Shown: positions 9,246 to 18,601 of the stretch, one piece after another
Position numbering within the stretch: the stretch's first letter is position 1
How the letters are laid out: each line of letters opens with the position of its first letter
NCBI GenBank assembly: GCA_963677595.1
Contig: OY782041.1
Span: 3,712,001-3,776,000, forward strand
Source of the DNA: Spirochaetia bacterium
GTDB lineage: Bacteria > Spirochaetota > Spirochaetia > CAKZLE01
DNA: 64,000 nt
Reading direction: 5' to 3'
Notes under the pieces: generated by a model
What the model saw: only the letters and a program-made list of their open reading frames with translations
What the model was told of the DNA's origin: nothing
The model's database searches: none
Translations under genes and position numbers: made by a program

Positions 9246-9344
9246 GTGCCCTGCGGAAAGAAACGAAAAAGACACAAGATCGCAACTCATAAACGAAAGA
9301 AGAAGTTGAGAAAGAATAGACATAAAAAACGAAAGACTAGCTAG
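9246..9344 (+). CDS. Small basic ribosomal protein bS22 / AURKAIP1-COX24 (mS38)-like, 32 aa
   Basis: GTG start after AAGGAG; MPCGKKRKRHKIATHKRKKKLRKNRHKKRKTS; below the ORF-track length cutoff. Confidence 0.85.
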   Translation: MPCGKKRKRHKIATHKRKKKLRKNRHKKRKTS

Positions 9345-9378
9345 TAGTTATATATTTCTATCGCGATCAGAAATAGCG

Positions 9379-9420
9379 GCAGCCGTTCTCACGCATCCAT
9401 GTGCATGAGGCGGCTGTTTC
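9379..9420 (+). terminator. Hairpin downstream of the bS22-like gene
   Basis: GCAGCCG..CTCA / TGAG-GCGGCTGT stem followed by a short T tract. Confidence 0.45.
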
Positions 9421-9516
9421 TATATGCACAGGTGAAGCCGCTGTATGGGAACAACGGCTGGTTTGTGTGGCAGGTGAGGTATCCTTCAGTACTGGGGGAG
9501 GAGCGGTATTGACTCC

Positions 9517-11043
9517 CTACAGCTCCTCGAGCGGCAGAGGAACCCATCGCCCGTGCTGCCTGCGCATGCCGTAGGTATGCTCCATGAGTTCTATAAACCC
9601 CTTCTCGAGCGACAGGCTCACATCACAGAAATCACGGTAGGAGGCATCAGCTTTCAGGAGTTCATCGGTATACAGGTGTGCGTTCGCGGTCATGATCGAT
9701 TCCGAGAGCAGCTTGGCCGCGAGGAACCGTTCCTGCTTATTTACTGCGATGATCACCGGTTTCTCCATGAGGTCAATGATCTCCCAGGTGACCTGTTCCG
9801 CCTGGGAATAGCGTCCTGCGTCCTTGTTCTGCTCGCTGACTCGCAGGGGCAGCTTGTCGATGATCTCGTCCAGGTGACTGGTGAGGTATGAGAGGTTGAA
9901 GAGCCCGGTAGCGCAGTTGAAGAGAATGGGCTTGCCGTCCCCTTCGGCCTCGGCCACCGCCTCAGCGGGGATCGCGACCCCGATGTCGCGGCAGGAGCAG
10001 CGGTCCTGCCCATCCCTCACGAGCACGCCTCCCTTGATGTCAACGGGAGACTTGAAGGAGAACTCGAACGACCCATTGCAGCCGGAGAGTGCCGTCATGG
10101 CAAGGTATGCCGGTGAGGGGGTATTCCCCAGGTTGTCGATGTTGACCAGGTAGGCGAACCGCTTTCCCTCTGCATGAAGCTGTCGGTAGATATCGCGCAG
10201 CACATAGAAATTCTGACCATGGCCGCCCGGGAGCGGTAGGAGCGTGTCCTGCTTCCCGTAAGCCTGGGTGAAGATCCTGCGGGGAAACCCCTCTTCTGCA
10301 GGGGTGAAGGCAGCGAGGAGGGATTGCCTGGCTGTGAGGACCTCCGTGATATCATGCCCGGTCGCCTCGATGAGATCCTTGAGCAGGGGGGAATCCCGGT
10401 ACTCCCTGAAGCTCTCTATCGTCTGCTCATGGGTGAAGCCGCTCGTCATCTGGAAGGCCGCGATGCTGGGGGATGACCCTGATCCCTGACTCGCCTTCAG
10501 TTCCATGATGAGCAGTGCCCGGAGCTTGAGTTCGAGGAACGAACTGCCTGGCGTCCCGTCCTCGTTGATGTAGGCTGGTGTGAGACCTTTCGCACGACCG
10601 TCACAGAGTCCGGCAAGCTTCGAGAAGGGGGCGTTGATCAGCTCAGAGAGAGGAGGGTAGAACGAGGAGTTCTTCTTGGAGTCGATGTAGCTCGTGGCTG
10701 AACCGCCGTTGAGGAAACCGAAGGCCAGATAGGGAAGCAGCCGCAGGCCGAGTTCCTCGAGGCCCACTGGGGTGAAACTCCAGGAGCCCTCTTCCTTCAG
10801 GGCGAACTGTGAGAGGTCTATGACGGGGTCGATCGCGCTGATCGCCTGCGAGGCCTGCTTGGCATCGATTACGAACGGCTCTTCAGACGTCCCGTCGATC
10901 ACCTGCACACCATCGATCGTGGGGAAGGTGAACCGTTCCCCACCCGTCGCATCACCGGTCTGGCGGTCCTGAGCCTGTACGAGCCGGAGTATCCTGCCGG
11001 TCAGCTCCCCATCTATGTTGAACTTCCTGAATAACGTATCCAT
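9517..11043 (-). CDS. UTP--glucose-1-phosphate uridylyltransferase, UDPGP (eukaryote-like) family
   Basis: LNGGSATS, K, FQMTS, PGGHG, NIDNLG, KGGVL motifs of the UGP/AGX/USP family. Confidence 0.75.
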   Translation of the reverse strand: MDTLFRKFNIDGELTGRILRLVQAQDRQTGDATGGERFTFPTIDGVQVIDGTSEEPFVIDAKQASQAISAIDPVIDLSQFALKEEGSWSFTPVGLEELGLRLLPYLAFGFLNGGSATSYIDSKKNSSFYPPLSELINAPFSKLAGLCDGRAKGLTPAYINEDGTPGSSFLELKLRALLIMELKASQGSGSSPSIAAFQMTSGFTHEQTIESFREYRDSPLLKDLIEATGHDITEVLTARQSLLAAFTPAEEGFPRRIFTQAYGKQDTLLPLPGGHGQNFYVLRDIYRQLHAEGKRFAYLVNIDNLGNTPSPAYLAMTALSGCNGSFEFSFKSPVDIKGGVLVRDGQDRCSCRDIGVAIPAEAVAEAEGDGKPILFNCATGLFNLSYLTSHLDEIIDKLPLRVSEQNKDAGRYSQAEQVTWEIIDLMEKPVIIAVNKQERFLAAKLLSESIMTANAHLYTDELLKADASYRDFCDVSLSLEKGFIELMEHTYGMRRQHGRWVPLPLEEL

Positions 11044-11148
11044 AGCTCAATAGTACCTGAAGTTGCCTGCTCATGTAAACCGTATTTTTCACCCGGGATC
11101 CAGCTATCTCATTGACACCGCTTCAGATAATATGGTAGGTTAGCTTGA

Positions 11149-11190
11149 CCTCTTTATCCGCGTATGCGGATCAATTAGTCCGTAAGGAGG
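11149..11190 (+). promoter_or_regulatory. Putative S6:S18 ribosomal protein leader RNA
   Basis: CCTCTTTA pairs with the SD region TAAGGAGG; inner hairpin ATCCGC-GTAT-GCGGAT; unpaired CCG; TTGACA at 11112 upstream. Confidence 0.6.
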
Positions 11191-11194
11191 AACT

Positions 11195-11476
11195 ATGAGA
11201 ACGTACGAATTCACTGTGATCTTCAAGCCTAATGATGAAGAAGTGGCAAAAGGCAAGGAGCTTGTCGAGAAAGGGTTGAAGGATGCTGGCATCCAGATAA
11301 CCAAGGAAGACAACATCGGAATCAAATTCCTGGCCTACCCAATCAAGAAATCTGAAAAAGGGCACTATGTCTACTATGAACTCGAAGCGGATCCTGAGAC
11401 GATCAGTACTCTGGATCGAAACTTCAAGTTGATGAACCCTGTGCTGAAGTTCTTGTTCGTCAAGAAAGAAAACTAG
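11195..11476 (+). CDS. rpsF: 30S ribosomal protein S6
   Basis: MRTYE..LAYPIKK..GHY; operon context. Confidence 0.97.
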   Translation: MRTYEFTVIFKPNDEEVAKGKELVEKGLKDAGIQITKEDNIGIKFLAYPIKKSEKGHYVYYELEADPETISTLDRNFKLMNPVLKFLFVKKEN

Positions 11477-11496
11477 ATAACATTTGGAGCAACTCT

Positions 11497-11967
11497 ATGG
11501 CAAATGATATGAACATGGTAGTTCTTGTCGGTAGACTTACGCGCGATCCGGAGATGAGGTATACCTCTGCCGGTACTGCGGTATGTCGATTCTCGCTAGC
11601 TGTCAATAGAAGAAAGAGGTCAGGAGACAGCTGGAGCGATGAGGTGAGTTATTTTGACGTCACGGTCTGGGGAAGACAGGCTGAGACGCTCAACAACTAC
11701 CTCGTCAAGGGGAAGCAGGTCGCCGTCAACGGTGAGCTGCGCCAGAGCCGATGGGAACAGGATGGCCAGAAACGAAGCAGAGTAGAGGTTGTAGCCAACA
11801 ATGTACAATTATTGGGTGATCCCGCAGGCGGGGCATCACGACCCCCTCAGCAGAACAGGTCTTCCTATCAGCAGCAGGCTCCTCAGCAGAGGAACAGCTA
11901 TGATAATGGTCCGAAGCACGACTATTCGTCCGGGCCGGAAGGTTTCGATGACGATATCCCATTCTAG
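11497..11967 (+). CDS. ssb: Single-stranded DNA-binding protein
   Basis: GRLTRDPE OB fold; DDDIPF tail. Confidence 0.98.
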   Translation: MANDMNMVVLVGRLTRDPEMRYTSAGTAVCRFSLAVNRRKRSGDSWSDEVSYFDVTVWGRQAETLNNYLVKGKQVAVNGELRQSRWEQDGQKRSRVEVVANNVQLLGDPAGGASRPPQQNRSSYQQQAPQQRNSYDNGPKHDYSSGPEGFDDDIPF

Positions 11968-11996
11968 GGAGTTGAGGGCGACAAGGAGTTAATCAG

Positions 11997-12305
11997 ATGA
12001 GCGAAGAGAATAAAGCACCACGAGCAGAGGGTGCATCAAATCAGAAACCGGAAGGTAGAAGAGAGTACAGACGACGTCCCGGCGGCGGTAGGCGCGGGAT
12101 GTTCAGGAAGAAGGTGTGCAGGTTCTGTACACAGGGGCTGAAAGCCGACTACAAGGATCCCGATACCCTGAGAAGGTTCATCACCGAACGTGGTAAGATC
12201 CTTCCCAGCAGGATCACCGGGACCTGTGCGAAGCACCAGCGGGCACTGGCTAGAGAGATCAAACGGGCACGTGTACTGGCATATCTCCCATTTGAGAAAA
12301 AATAG
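11997..12305 (+). CDS. rpsR: 30S ribosomal protein S18
   Basis: [29 protein letters not shown]. Confidence 0.98.
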   Translation: MSEENKAPRAEGASNQKPEGRREYRRRPGGGRRGMFRKKVCRFCTQGLKADYKDPDTLRRFITERGKILPSRITGTCAKHQRALAREIKRARVLAYLPFEKK

Positions 12306-12310
12306 GGCGT

Positions 12311-13297
12311 ATGGCGGGGTTAGAACGTGAACGCTGGCTCGAACCGCTTATATCAGTGGTCGCGTCGGTCATGCTGTACCAGCTTTCCATGCTCTACTTC
12401 GTGTTCACCGTACCCCTTCATATGCTGGCAATGAGGAGGGACAGGAAGTCCTTTCTTGCTGCATCGGGTCTGGTCCTGCTGGCGGTCATCGTACAGGAGA
12501 CTGTGCAGTACCTGCAGTACGGATTCACCCGTCAGGATGCATTGATCATAGCCATCGGGCTGTATGGTCCGGTGGTGCTGCTTGCCGGGATGGTCTGGTT
12601 CCATCTCCTCCTTGGGGATATGGCGAAGATCACCCGCTTCATCAGCAGCTGGATACTGCCGGCAGTTGCCGGGTTCACCCTGCTGCTGCTGTATGAGGGC
12701 GAGGGCCCTACGGCAGTCTATACGAGGGACCTGTTTCGTGAACAGATGGGGCTGCTGCTCCAGTTTGGCCAGGAGATAGGTTACGGGGAAGCATTCTCCT
12801 ATTTCACCCCTGAGGTGATCTACACGATCATCATCATGGTGATCGAACGGGGATTCCTCCCTGCCGCGGTCCTGCAGATGGGGTTCGCCCTGCTGGTCGC
12901 CTACCAGATCGCTGGAAGGCTGAACAGGAGGCCGTTCTGGCGTTTCATCAGCTTCAGGGTTCCTGAGACGATGATCTGGCCGTTCCTGACTGCCTGGGCG
13001 CTGGTCCTGCTGACGAGCTTTATCGAGCTGGGAGTGATCGGAACCCTCGGCTGGAATATCGGGCTGGGGCTTGCGGTACTCTACTTCCTGCAGGGAGTAG
13101 CGATCCTGATGTACAGGCTGCTCAGGAAGGGTATGAGAATCCGGGGCTATACGATGGTCGTCTGGAGCTTCCTGGCCCTGCTGGTCCCCGGGATCAATGT
13201 GCTTGTTATGGTGGGAATGCCGTTATTCGGTGTTTCCGAGATTTGGATTCATTACAGAGATGTAAATAAGGAGAAATCAAATGAAAATTATTCTTAA
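12311..13297 (+). CDS. DUF2232/YybS-like membrane protein
   Basis: Multi-TM ORF with YFLQG motif, located between rpsR and rplI. Confidence 0.75.
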   Translation: MAGLERERWLEPLISVVASVMLYQLSMLYFVFTVPLHMLAMRRDRKSFLAASGLVLLAVIVQETVQYLQYGFTRQDALIIAIGLYGPVVLLAGMVWFHLLLGDMAKITRFISSWILPAVAGFTLLLLYEGEGPTAVYTRDLFREQMGLLLQFGQEIGYGEAFSYFTPEVIYTIIIMVIERGFLPAAVLQMGFALLVAYQIAGRLNRRPFWRFISFRVPETMIWPFLTAWALVLLTSFIELGVIGTLGWNIGLGLAVLYFLQGVAILMYRLLRKGMRIRGYTMVVWSFLALLVPGINVLVMVGMPLFGVSEIWIHYRDVNKEKSNENYS

Positions 13298-13895
13298 TCA
13301 GGATGTATATAATCTTGGTGAAGAGGGAGATGTCTGTGACGTAGCCAACGGCTATGCCAGGAACTTCCTGCTTCCGAAAGGGCTTGCTGTACCGTGCAAT
13401 AATGCCAACCTCGCGATCTTCAAGAGCCGGTCTGCCGCTATCGAGAAGCGAAAAGAGGAGAAGAGGAAATCAGCACTCTCACTCAAGGAGAAGCTGCAGG
13501 AGACTACGCTTACCATCAAGATGACTGCCGGTGATTCCGGCAAGCTCTTCGGTGCGGTCACCAGCCAGACTGTCGTGGATGCGCTTGCGAAAGAGGGTAT
13601 CCAGGTCGACAAGAAGAAGGTCGATGTACCTTCACATACCATCAAGATGGTCGGCACCTACTCGGTACTCGTCAAGCTGTACGAGAAGGAGTCTGCTACC
13701 GTGAAGATCGATGTCATCTCCGACAGGATCGAGAAGATGGAAGAAGCTGCCGCAGCTGTCGTAGAGGAAGAACCTGCTCCACTGTCCACCAGCGATTTCG
13801 ATGAAGAGGATGAGTACGAGGATGAGGAAGTAGAAGAGGTAGAGACCGAGATCGAGGAAGAAGCTGCTTCTGCAGATGAAGAAGTAGAGCAGTAG
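13281..13895 (+). CDS. rplI: 50S ribosomal protein L9 with acidic C-terminal extension
   Basis: MKIILNQDV..LGEEGD..GYARNFLLP, GKLFGAVT. Confidence 0.97.
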   Translation: MKIILNQDVYNLGEEGDVCDVANGYARNFLLPKGLAVPCNNANLAIFKSRSAAIEKRKEEKRKSALSLKEKLQETTLTIKMTAGDSGKLFGAVTSQTVVDALAKEGIQVDKKKVDVPSHTIKMVGTYSVLVKLYEKESATVKIDVISDRIEKMEEAAAAVVEEEPAPLSTSDFDEEDEYEDEEVEEVETEIEEEAASADEEVEQ

Positions 13896-13921
13896 ATCCG
13901 CGAACCGAACAAAGAGGTCAC

Positions 13922-15271
13922 ATGGGAACTGCAGAGCTGTTGGGAAGGGTCCCCCCTCATAATAGGGAGGCAGAGCGAGCCGTGCTCGGGGCTGTCCTGA
14001 TCGATCAGGAAGCTGCCTCGGCCGCCCTCGAGATCCTTCGCCCCGATGATTTCTACGTGAAGGCACATGCCCTCATGTTCACTGCAGTATCCCATATCTC
14101 CGCCTCCGGCGAGATGGTCGACCTCATTACTCTGACCGAGGAGCTCAAGCGCACCGAGATGCTTGACTCCTGCGGCGGAGTCTCCTATATCGCCTCTGTG
14201 ACCTCAGAGGTCCCCACCACGGCGAACATCGATTTCTATGCCAAGGTAGTCAAGCAGAACAGTATCAGGCGCCACCTGCTCAATGTGTCGAACAACCTCA
14301 TCGCGAAAGCCTATGATGACTCAGAGGATACGCGGGAGATCCTCGCAGATGCGGAGAAGCAGATCTTCGATATTTCGAATGACAGCAGCACGACCGGGAA
14401 CTACCGCAAGACCCTCGATATCGTGGGGGAGACCATCGAGTACATCGAGTTCCTCGTGCAGAACGGGGGAAAGCTCTCTGGTGTGCCCACCGGCTACTCC
14501 AAGCTGGACGACCATACGAGCGGCTTCCAGAAATCGGAGTTCATCGTCATCGGTGCACGCCCGTCAGTCGGGAAGACCGCGTTCGCGCTCTCGATGGCCT
14601 CACACATCGCCATACGGGAGAAGATACCGGTAGGCTTCTTCACCCTCGAGATGTCGGGGAAGTCCCTCATGATGAGGATCCTCTCCGCAGAGTCCCTCGT
14701 GGACTCGAAGAAGATCAGGAGCGGGCTGCTCTCCAACCGTGACTTCGCCCAGCTGACCGATGCCGCCGGCAGGATCTATGAGGCACCATTGTTCATCGAG
14801 GACACGCCGAACATCAAGCTGCTCGACCTGAGGGCAAAGGCGCGGCGGATGAAGAAGAACGAGGATATCCAGATCCTCTTCATCGACTACATCGGGCTGA
14901 TCGAGGCCGAGAACAAGGGAAGTGTCCCCAGGCATGAGCAGGTAGCTGAGATCTCGCGGTCGTTGAAGTCCCTCGCCCGTGAGCTCGATATACCGATCGT
15001 CTGCCTCTCCCAGGTCGGACGGCAGTCAGAGGGGAAGGAACCGACCCTCGCGGACCTGCGTGAGTCCGGCTCCATCGAACAGGATGCCGACGTCGTCATG
15101 TTCATCCATAAGGAACGTGAGACCGAGAAGGATATCGCAGACCAGGACAAGGATATCATCGAGACGAAGATCATCCTCGCAAAACAGCGAAACGGCCCAA
15201 TCGGGACGCTCTACCTGGGATTCCAGCCTAAATACACGAAATTCGTCACATTGACACGGGAAACACAGTAA
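13922..15271 (+). CDS. dnaB: Replicative DNA helicase
   Basis: PPHNREAE, GARPSVGKT, IDY, LRESGSIEQDAD, KQRNGP; no intein. Confidence 0.98.
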   Translation: MGTAELLGRVPPHNREAERAVLGAVLIDQEAASAALEILRPDDFYVKAHALMFTAVSHISASGEMVDLITLTEELKRTEMLDSCGGVSYIASVTSEVPTTANIDFYAKVVKQNSIRRHLLNVSNNLIAKAYDDSEDTREILADAEKQIFDISNDSSTTGNYRKTLDIVGETIEYIEFLVQNGGKLSGVPTGYSKLDDHTSGFQKSEFIVIGARPSVGKTAFALSMASHIAIREKIPVGFFTLEMSGKSLMMRILSAESLVDSKKIRSGLLSNRDFAQLTDAAGRIYEAPLFIEDTPNIKLLDLRAKARRMKKNEDIQILFIDYIGLIEAENKGSVPRHEQVAEISRSLKSLARELDIPIVCLSQVGRQSEGKEPTLADLRESGSIEQDADVVMFIHKERETEKDIADQDKDIIETKIILAKQRNGPIGTLYLGFQPKYTKFVTLTRETQ

Positions 15272-15274
15272 TAC

Positions 15275-16645
15275 CTACCGAAGGAAGAATGCCAGGTCGT
15301 TGAAGATGGTGAAGGCCATGATCGTCATGAGGATACCGAAGCCGATGATCTGCAGGCGGTAGTAGTTCTGCGGGGAGAATCCACGGTGCAGTACGGCTTC
15401 AGCGATCGACACGATCATCTGCCCGCCGTCGAGTGCCGGGATCGGCAGGAGGTTCGCGAAGCAGAGGGCGGTGCTGATGAAGCCGAGCAGCCTGAAGACC
15501 GTGGTGATGCCGGTAAGGAGCCCCTGCGAGAAACTCTCTGCGGTCGCCGTCCCCACGAGGTAGGTGATCTTGATCGGGCCAGCCATGGACTCACTCAGGT
15601 CAAGTCCCTTGAACATGAGGGCTATGCTGTGGATAGCCAGGCCGAAGGTCGAGAAGGTCTCAGCAACACCACGCTTCAGGGACCCGAAGAACCCGTAATC
15701 GGGGGTGGATACCGTCTCAAGCGGGAATATCGCGTTGAAGATCGGCCTGCCGTCCTCATCATACTCCGTGACAGCCTCAATGGTGATCTGCTGCCCATCC
15801 CGTACGATCCCGTAGGTATGTGATCCTGTTCTTCCTGTGAAGATCGCCTGGTAGATATCGACGACGCAGCTGACCTGAGTACCATCTACCGAGGTGATGG
15901 TGTCTCCCACCCTGAGACCTGAAGAGAGCAGGAGGGACCCTGTTGGGATGTCCGTGACTCGCGGTTCGATCCAGGGGGCGATGCCGATGACGCCGGCACC
16001 CGTCTGGCGGTTCAGCTCCGGCGTGATATACCCCTGGACAGTCCTCCCCTCATGCAGGTAGGTCAGCTCGAGCTGCTTATCAGCCTTGTCGAGCAGTGCC
16101 TCCTGTATATCCTTGAAATGGGCTATTGGCTTCCCGTCGAGCGAGATGATGGTGTCCCCGGTGCCCAGGCCAGCAGCCTCGGCAGGGCTGACTGACTCCT
16201 CCTCCCCATAGATCAGGGGGTAGTCAGAAGCCAGGATGATCCGGTTCGAGAAGGTCTGGAACTCGTAGCCGATCCCCCAGACGGAAGCGAAGAGGATCGA
16301 TGCGAAGATGAGGTTGAACAGCGGTCCCGCAGCATAGGTGAGGAACCGCTGCCAGGGAGAGACGCTGAAGAGCGACCCTTCTGCGTAGGGGAAGCTGGCA
16401 AGCTTCTTCTCGATAGCCTCCTTGAACTCATACTCGCCCTTCATCCGGCAGTAGCCGCCGATCGGCAGGATATTGATCCGGTACTCGGTCGTGCCTCTTG
16501 TCATCCCGAATAGCTTGGGTCCCCAGCCGAGCGCGAAGCTCTCGACCTCGATATGGACGGCCTTGGCCACGATGAAGTGACCGAGTTCGTGGATGAAGAT
16601 GACGATACCCAGGCCGAGCAGGCCGAGGATGATGGTCAGGATCAT
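15275..16645 (-). CDS. rseP: RIP metalloprotease RseP (two PDZ domains)
   Basis: HELGH, PIGGY, NLLPIPALDGG. Confidence 0.95.
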   Translation of the reverse strand: MILTIILGLLGLGIVIFIHELGHFIVAKAVHIEVESFALGWGPKLFGMTRGTTEYRINILPIGGYCRMKGEYEFKEAIEKKLASFPYAEGSLFSVSPWQRFLTYAAGPLFNLIFASILFASVWGIGYEFQTFSNRIILASDYPLIYGEEESVSPAEAAGLGTGDTIISLDGKPIAHFKDIQEALLDKADKQLELTYLHEGRTVQGYITPELNRQTGAGVIGIAPWIEPRVTDIPTGSLLLSSGLRVGDTITSVDGTQVSCVVDIYQAIFTGRTGSHTYGIVRDGQQITIEAVTEYDEDGRPIFNAIFPLETVSTPDYGFFGSLKRGVAETFSTFGLAIHSIALMFKGLDLSESMAGPIKITYLVGTATAESFSQGLLTGITTVFRLLGFISTALCFANLLPIPALDGGQMIVSIAEAVLHRGFSPQNYYRLQIIGFGILMTIMAFTIFNDLAFFLR

Positions 16646-17748
16646 AACGTCTCCAGGTAGTCTGCAGACAGTCTCCTCACATCGGCATCAACAGCAAGGA
16701 CATGTGAGAATGTCTCAGGGGTCATGCTCCAGTCATGCTGGAGAACCTCATGCACCATGGCGGGGATGCCCATGAACGGTATCCGCTTCTGGATGAAGGC
16801 TTCCACGGCCATCTCGTTCGCCCCGTTATAGGCGATGGAGTAGGATCCCCCGAGGGCCAGTACGTCATAGGCGTAGCCGAGCATGGGGAATCGCTCCAGG
16901 TCAGGATCGAAGAACTCGAGTACCGCCCCCTTCAGGCTGAAGGAGTTGAAGAGGTGGTTCCCGATCTCCGGGTAGAGCAGGGCGTTCATGATGGGGACCT
17001 TCATGTCGGGCTTGCTGATCTGCGCATATTGGGAACCGTCGGTAGTCCTGATCAGGGAGTGGACATAGCTCTGTGGATGGATGAGGACCTCGATCTGTTC
17101 AGGCTGCACCCCGAAGAGGTGGACCGTCTCGATCACTTCCAGCCCCTTGTTCGCCAGGGTAGCTGAATCGATGGAGATCTTGGATCCCATCGCCCAGGTG
17201 GGATGCTTGAGCGCATCCTCAATGGTCGCATGCTCCATCTGTTCCAGGGTGGCCGTCCTGAAGGGGCCGCCGGATGAGGTCAGCAGGATGTGGGTCAGGT
17301 GGTTCTCCGGTCGGAATCGTGTCAGCTGGAAGATCGCGGCATGTTCGGAATCGACCGGCTGTATGCGGCATTCCATGCGCTGGGCAAGGTCCGAGATGAG
17401 GTGGCCGGCGATCACGACGGTCTCCTTGTTCGCCAGGGCGAGGTCCTTCCCGCTCTCGAGTGAGACGACGGAAGGCATGAGGCCGGCAGCGCCGGAGATA
17501 CCGTTTATGACGATATCTGCGTCCGTATCCCTGATCAAGTCGAGAATGGCATCGTGACCGTTGCGATCATGGCCGGAGAGGGCGGTATTGGTTACCTTGA
17601 ACTCTGCGGCGATCTGCTCGAGTGCAGAATGGTTCGAATGGGCTGTGATGCCGACGATCTCGAATTCATCAGGAAGCTGCCGGATGACCTCCAGTGAGTT
17701 TTTACCGATGGAGCCGGTAGCCCCAAGGAGTATGATTCGTTTTTTCAT
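16642..17748 (-). CDS. dxr: 1-deoxy-D-xylulose-5-phosphate reductoisomerase
   Basis: LGATGSIG, LANKE, PVDSEH, HPTWAMGSKISIDSAT. Confidence 0.97.
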   Translation of the reverse strand: MKKRIILLGATGSIGKNSLEVIRQLPDEFEIVGITAHSNHSALEQIAAEFKVTNTALSGHDRNGHDAILDLIRDTDADIVINGISGAAGLMPSVVSLESGKDLALANKETVVIAGHLISDLAQRMECRIQPVDSEHAAIFQLTRFRPENHLTHILLTSSGGPFRTATLEQMEHATIEDALKHPTWAMGSKISIDSATLANKGLEVIETVHLFGVQPEQIEVLIHPQSYVHSLIRTTDGSQYAQISKPDMKVPIMNALLYPEIGNHLFNSFSLKGAVLEFFDPDLERFPMLGYAYDVLALGGSYSIAYNGANEMAVEAFIQKRIPFMGIPAMVHEVLQHDWSMTPETFSHVLAVDADVRRLSADYLETL

Positions 17749-17752
17749 TGAG

Positions 17753-18601
17753 TTACACCTTCAAGAAATAAGTAAGGAAGAGAATATAGACCGGGGCGCT
17801 GAATATGATGGAGTCGATCGTGTCGAGGACTCCCCCGCGTCCCGGGATGATGGTCCCTGAATCCTTCGCATGGGAAGAACGTTTGATAGCTGATTCGACG
17901 AGGTCCCCGAGATCCGCGAAGATCGAGATCGCCGCTGCTGCGAGCAGGATGAGCCATACAGGGCCTGCGCTGTGCATCGGGGTGATGACCGTATAGAAGA
18001 GGAAGCCCATAAGCACGGCAGATGCGAATCCCCCGATGAAGCCGACCAGGCTCTTGTTGGGGCTGACTGCCGTGATGCCGCGGGAACGCTTTCCCCAGAG
18101 CATGCCGAAGACATAGGCGAACACATCATTGGAGAAGATCATGAGGAACCAGAAGATGATATAGATATGGGCGTCGCCAATCGAGGTCATGTAGATGACG
18201 AAGATCACGAACATCGAGGGATAGATAAGGTGGAAGATGGAGACAGCCATGCGCGAGATGCTGTTCTGGAACGCATCGTCCTTGCCGGTGAAGACCTCCT
18301 TCAGGAGCAGGAACAGCATGACTGCAGCATAGAGGATGAAGATCACCTGGACATCGGGCAGCAGGTAGAGTTCAACGTACATGGAGAAGGGGAGGAGCCC
18401 GACGACCAGCGGATGGAGCAGGGACTTTCCTGCTGATGAGCTGCTGATGAGCTGGTTAATCTCATAGGACCCGAGGACGCTGAAGCCGAGGCAGATCAGG
18501 GTGAAGAACAGGTACTGGGCCTGGGGGAAGAAGAAGATACTCGAAAAGAAGATCGGTATACCGAGGACGGTCAGCAGGATTCTTTTTGTGAGTGTCTTCA
18601 T
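17753..18601 (-). CDS. cdsA: Phosphatidate cytidylyltransferase
   Basis: SPNKS..G, GDLVESAIKR..KDSG.IIPGRGGVLD. Confidence 0.95.
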   Translation of the reverse strand: MKTLTKRILLTVLGIPIFFSSIFFFPQAQYLFFTLICLGFSVLGSYEINQLISSSSAGKSLLHPLVVGLLPFSMYVELYLLPDVQVIFILYAAVMLFLLLKEVFTGKDDAFQNSISRMAVSIFHLIYPSMFVIFVIYMTSIGDAHIYIIFWFLMIFSNDVFAYVFGMLWGKRSRGITAVSPNKSLVGFIGGFASAVLMGFLFYTVITPMHSAGPVWLILLAAAAISIFADLGDLVESAIKRSSHAKDSGTIIPGRGGVLDTIDSIIFSAPVYILFLTYFLKV

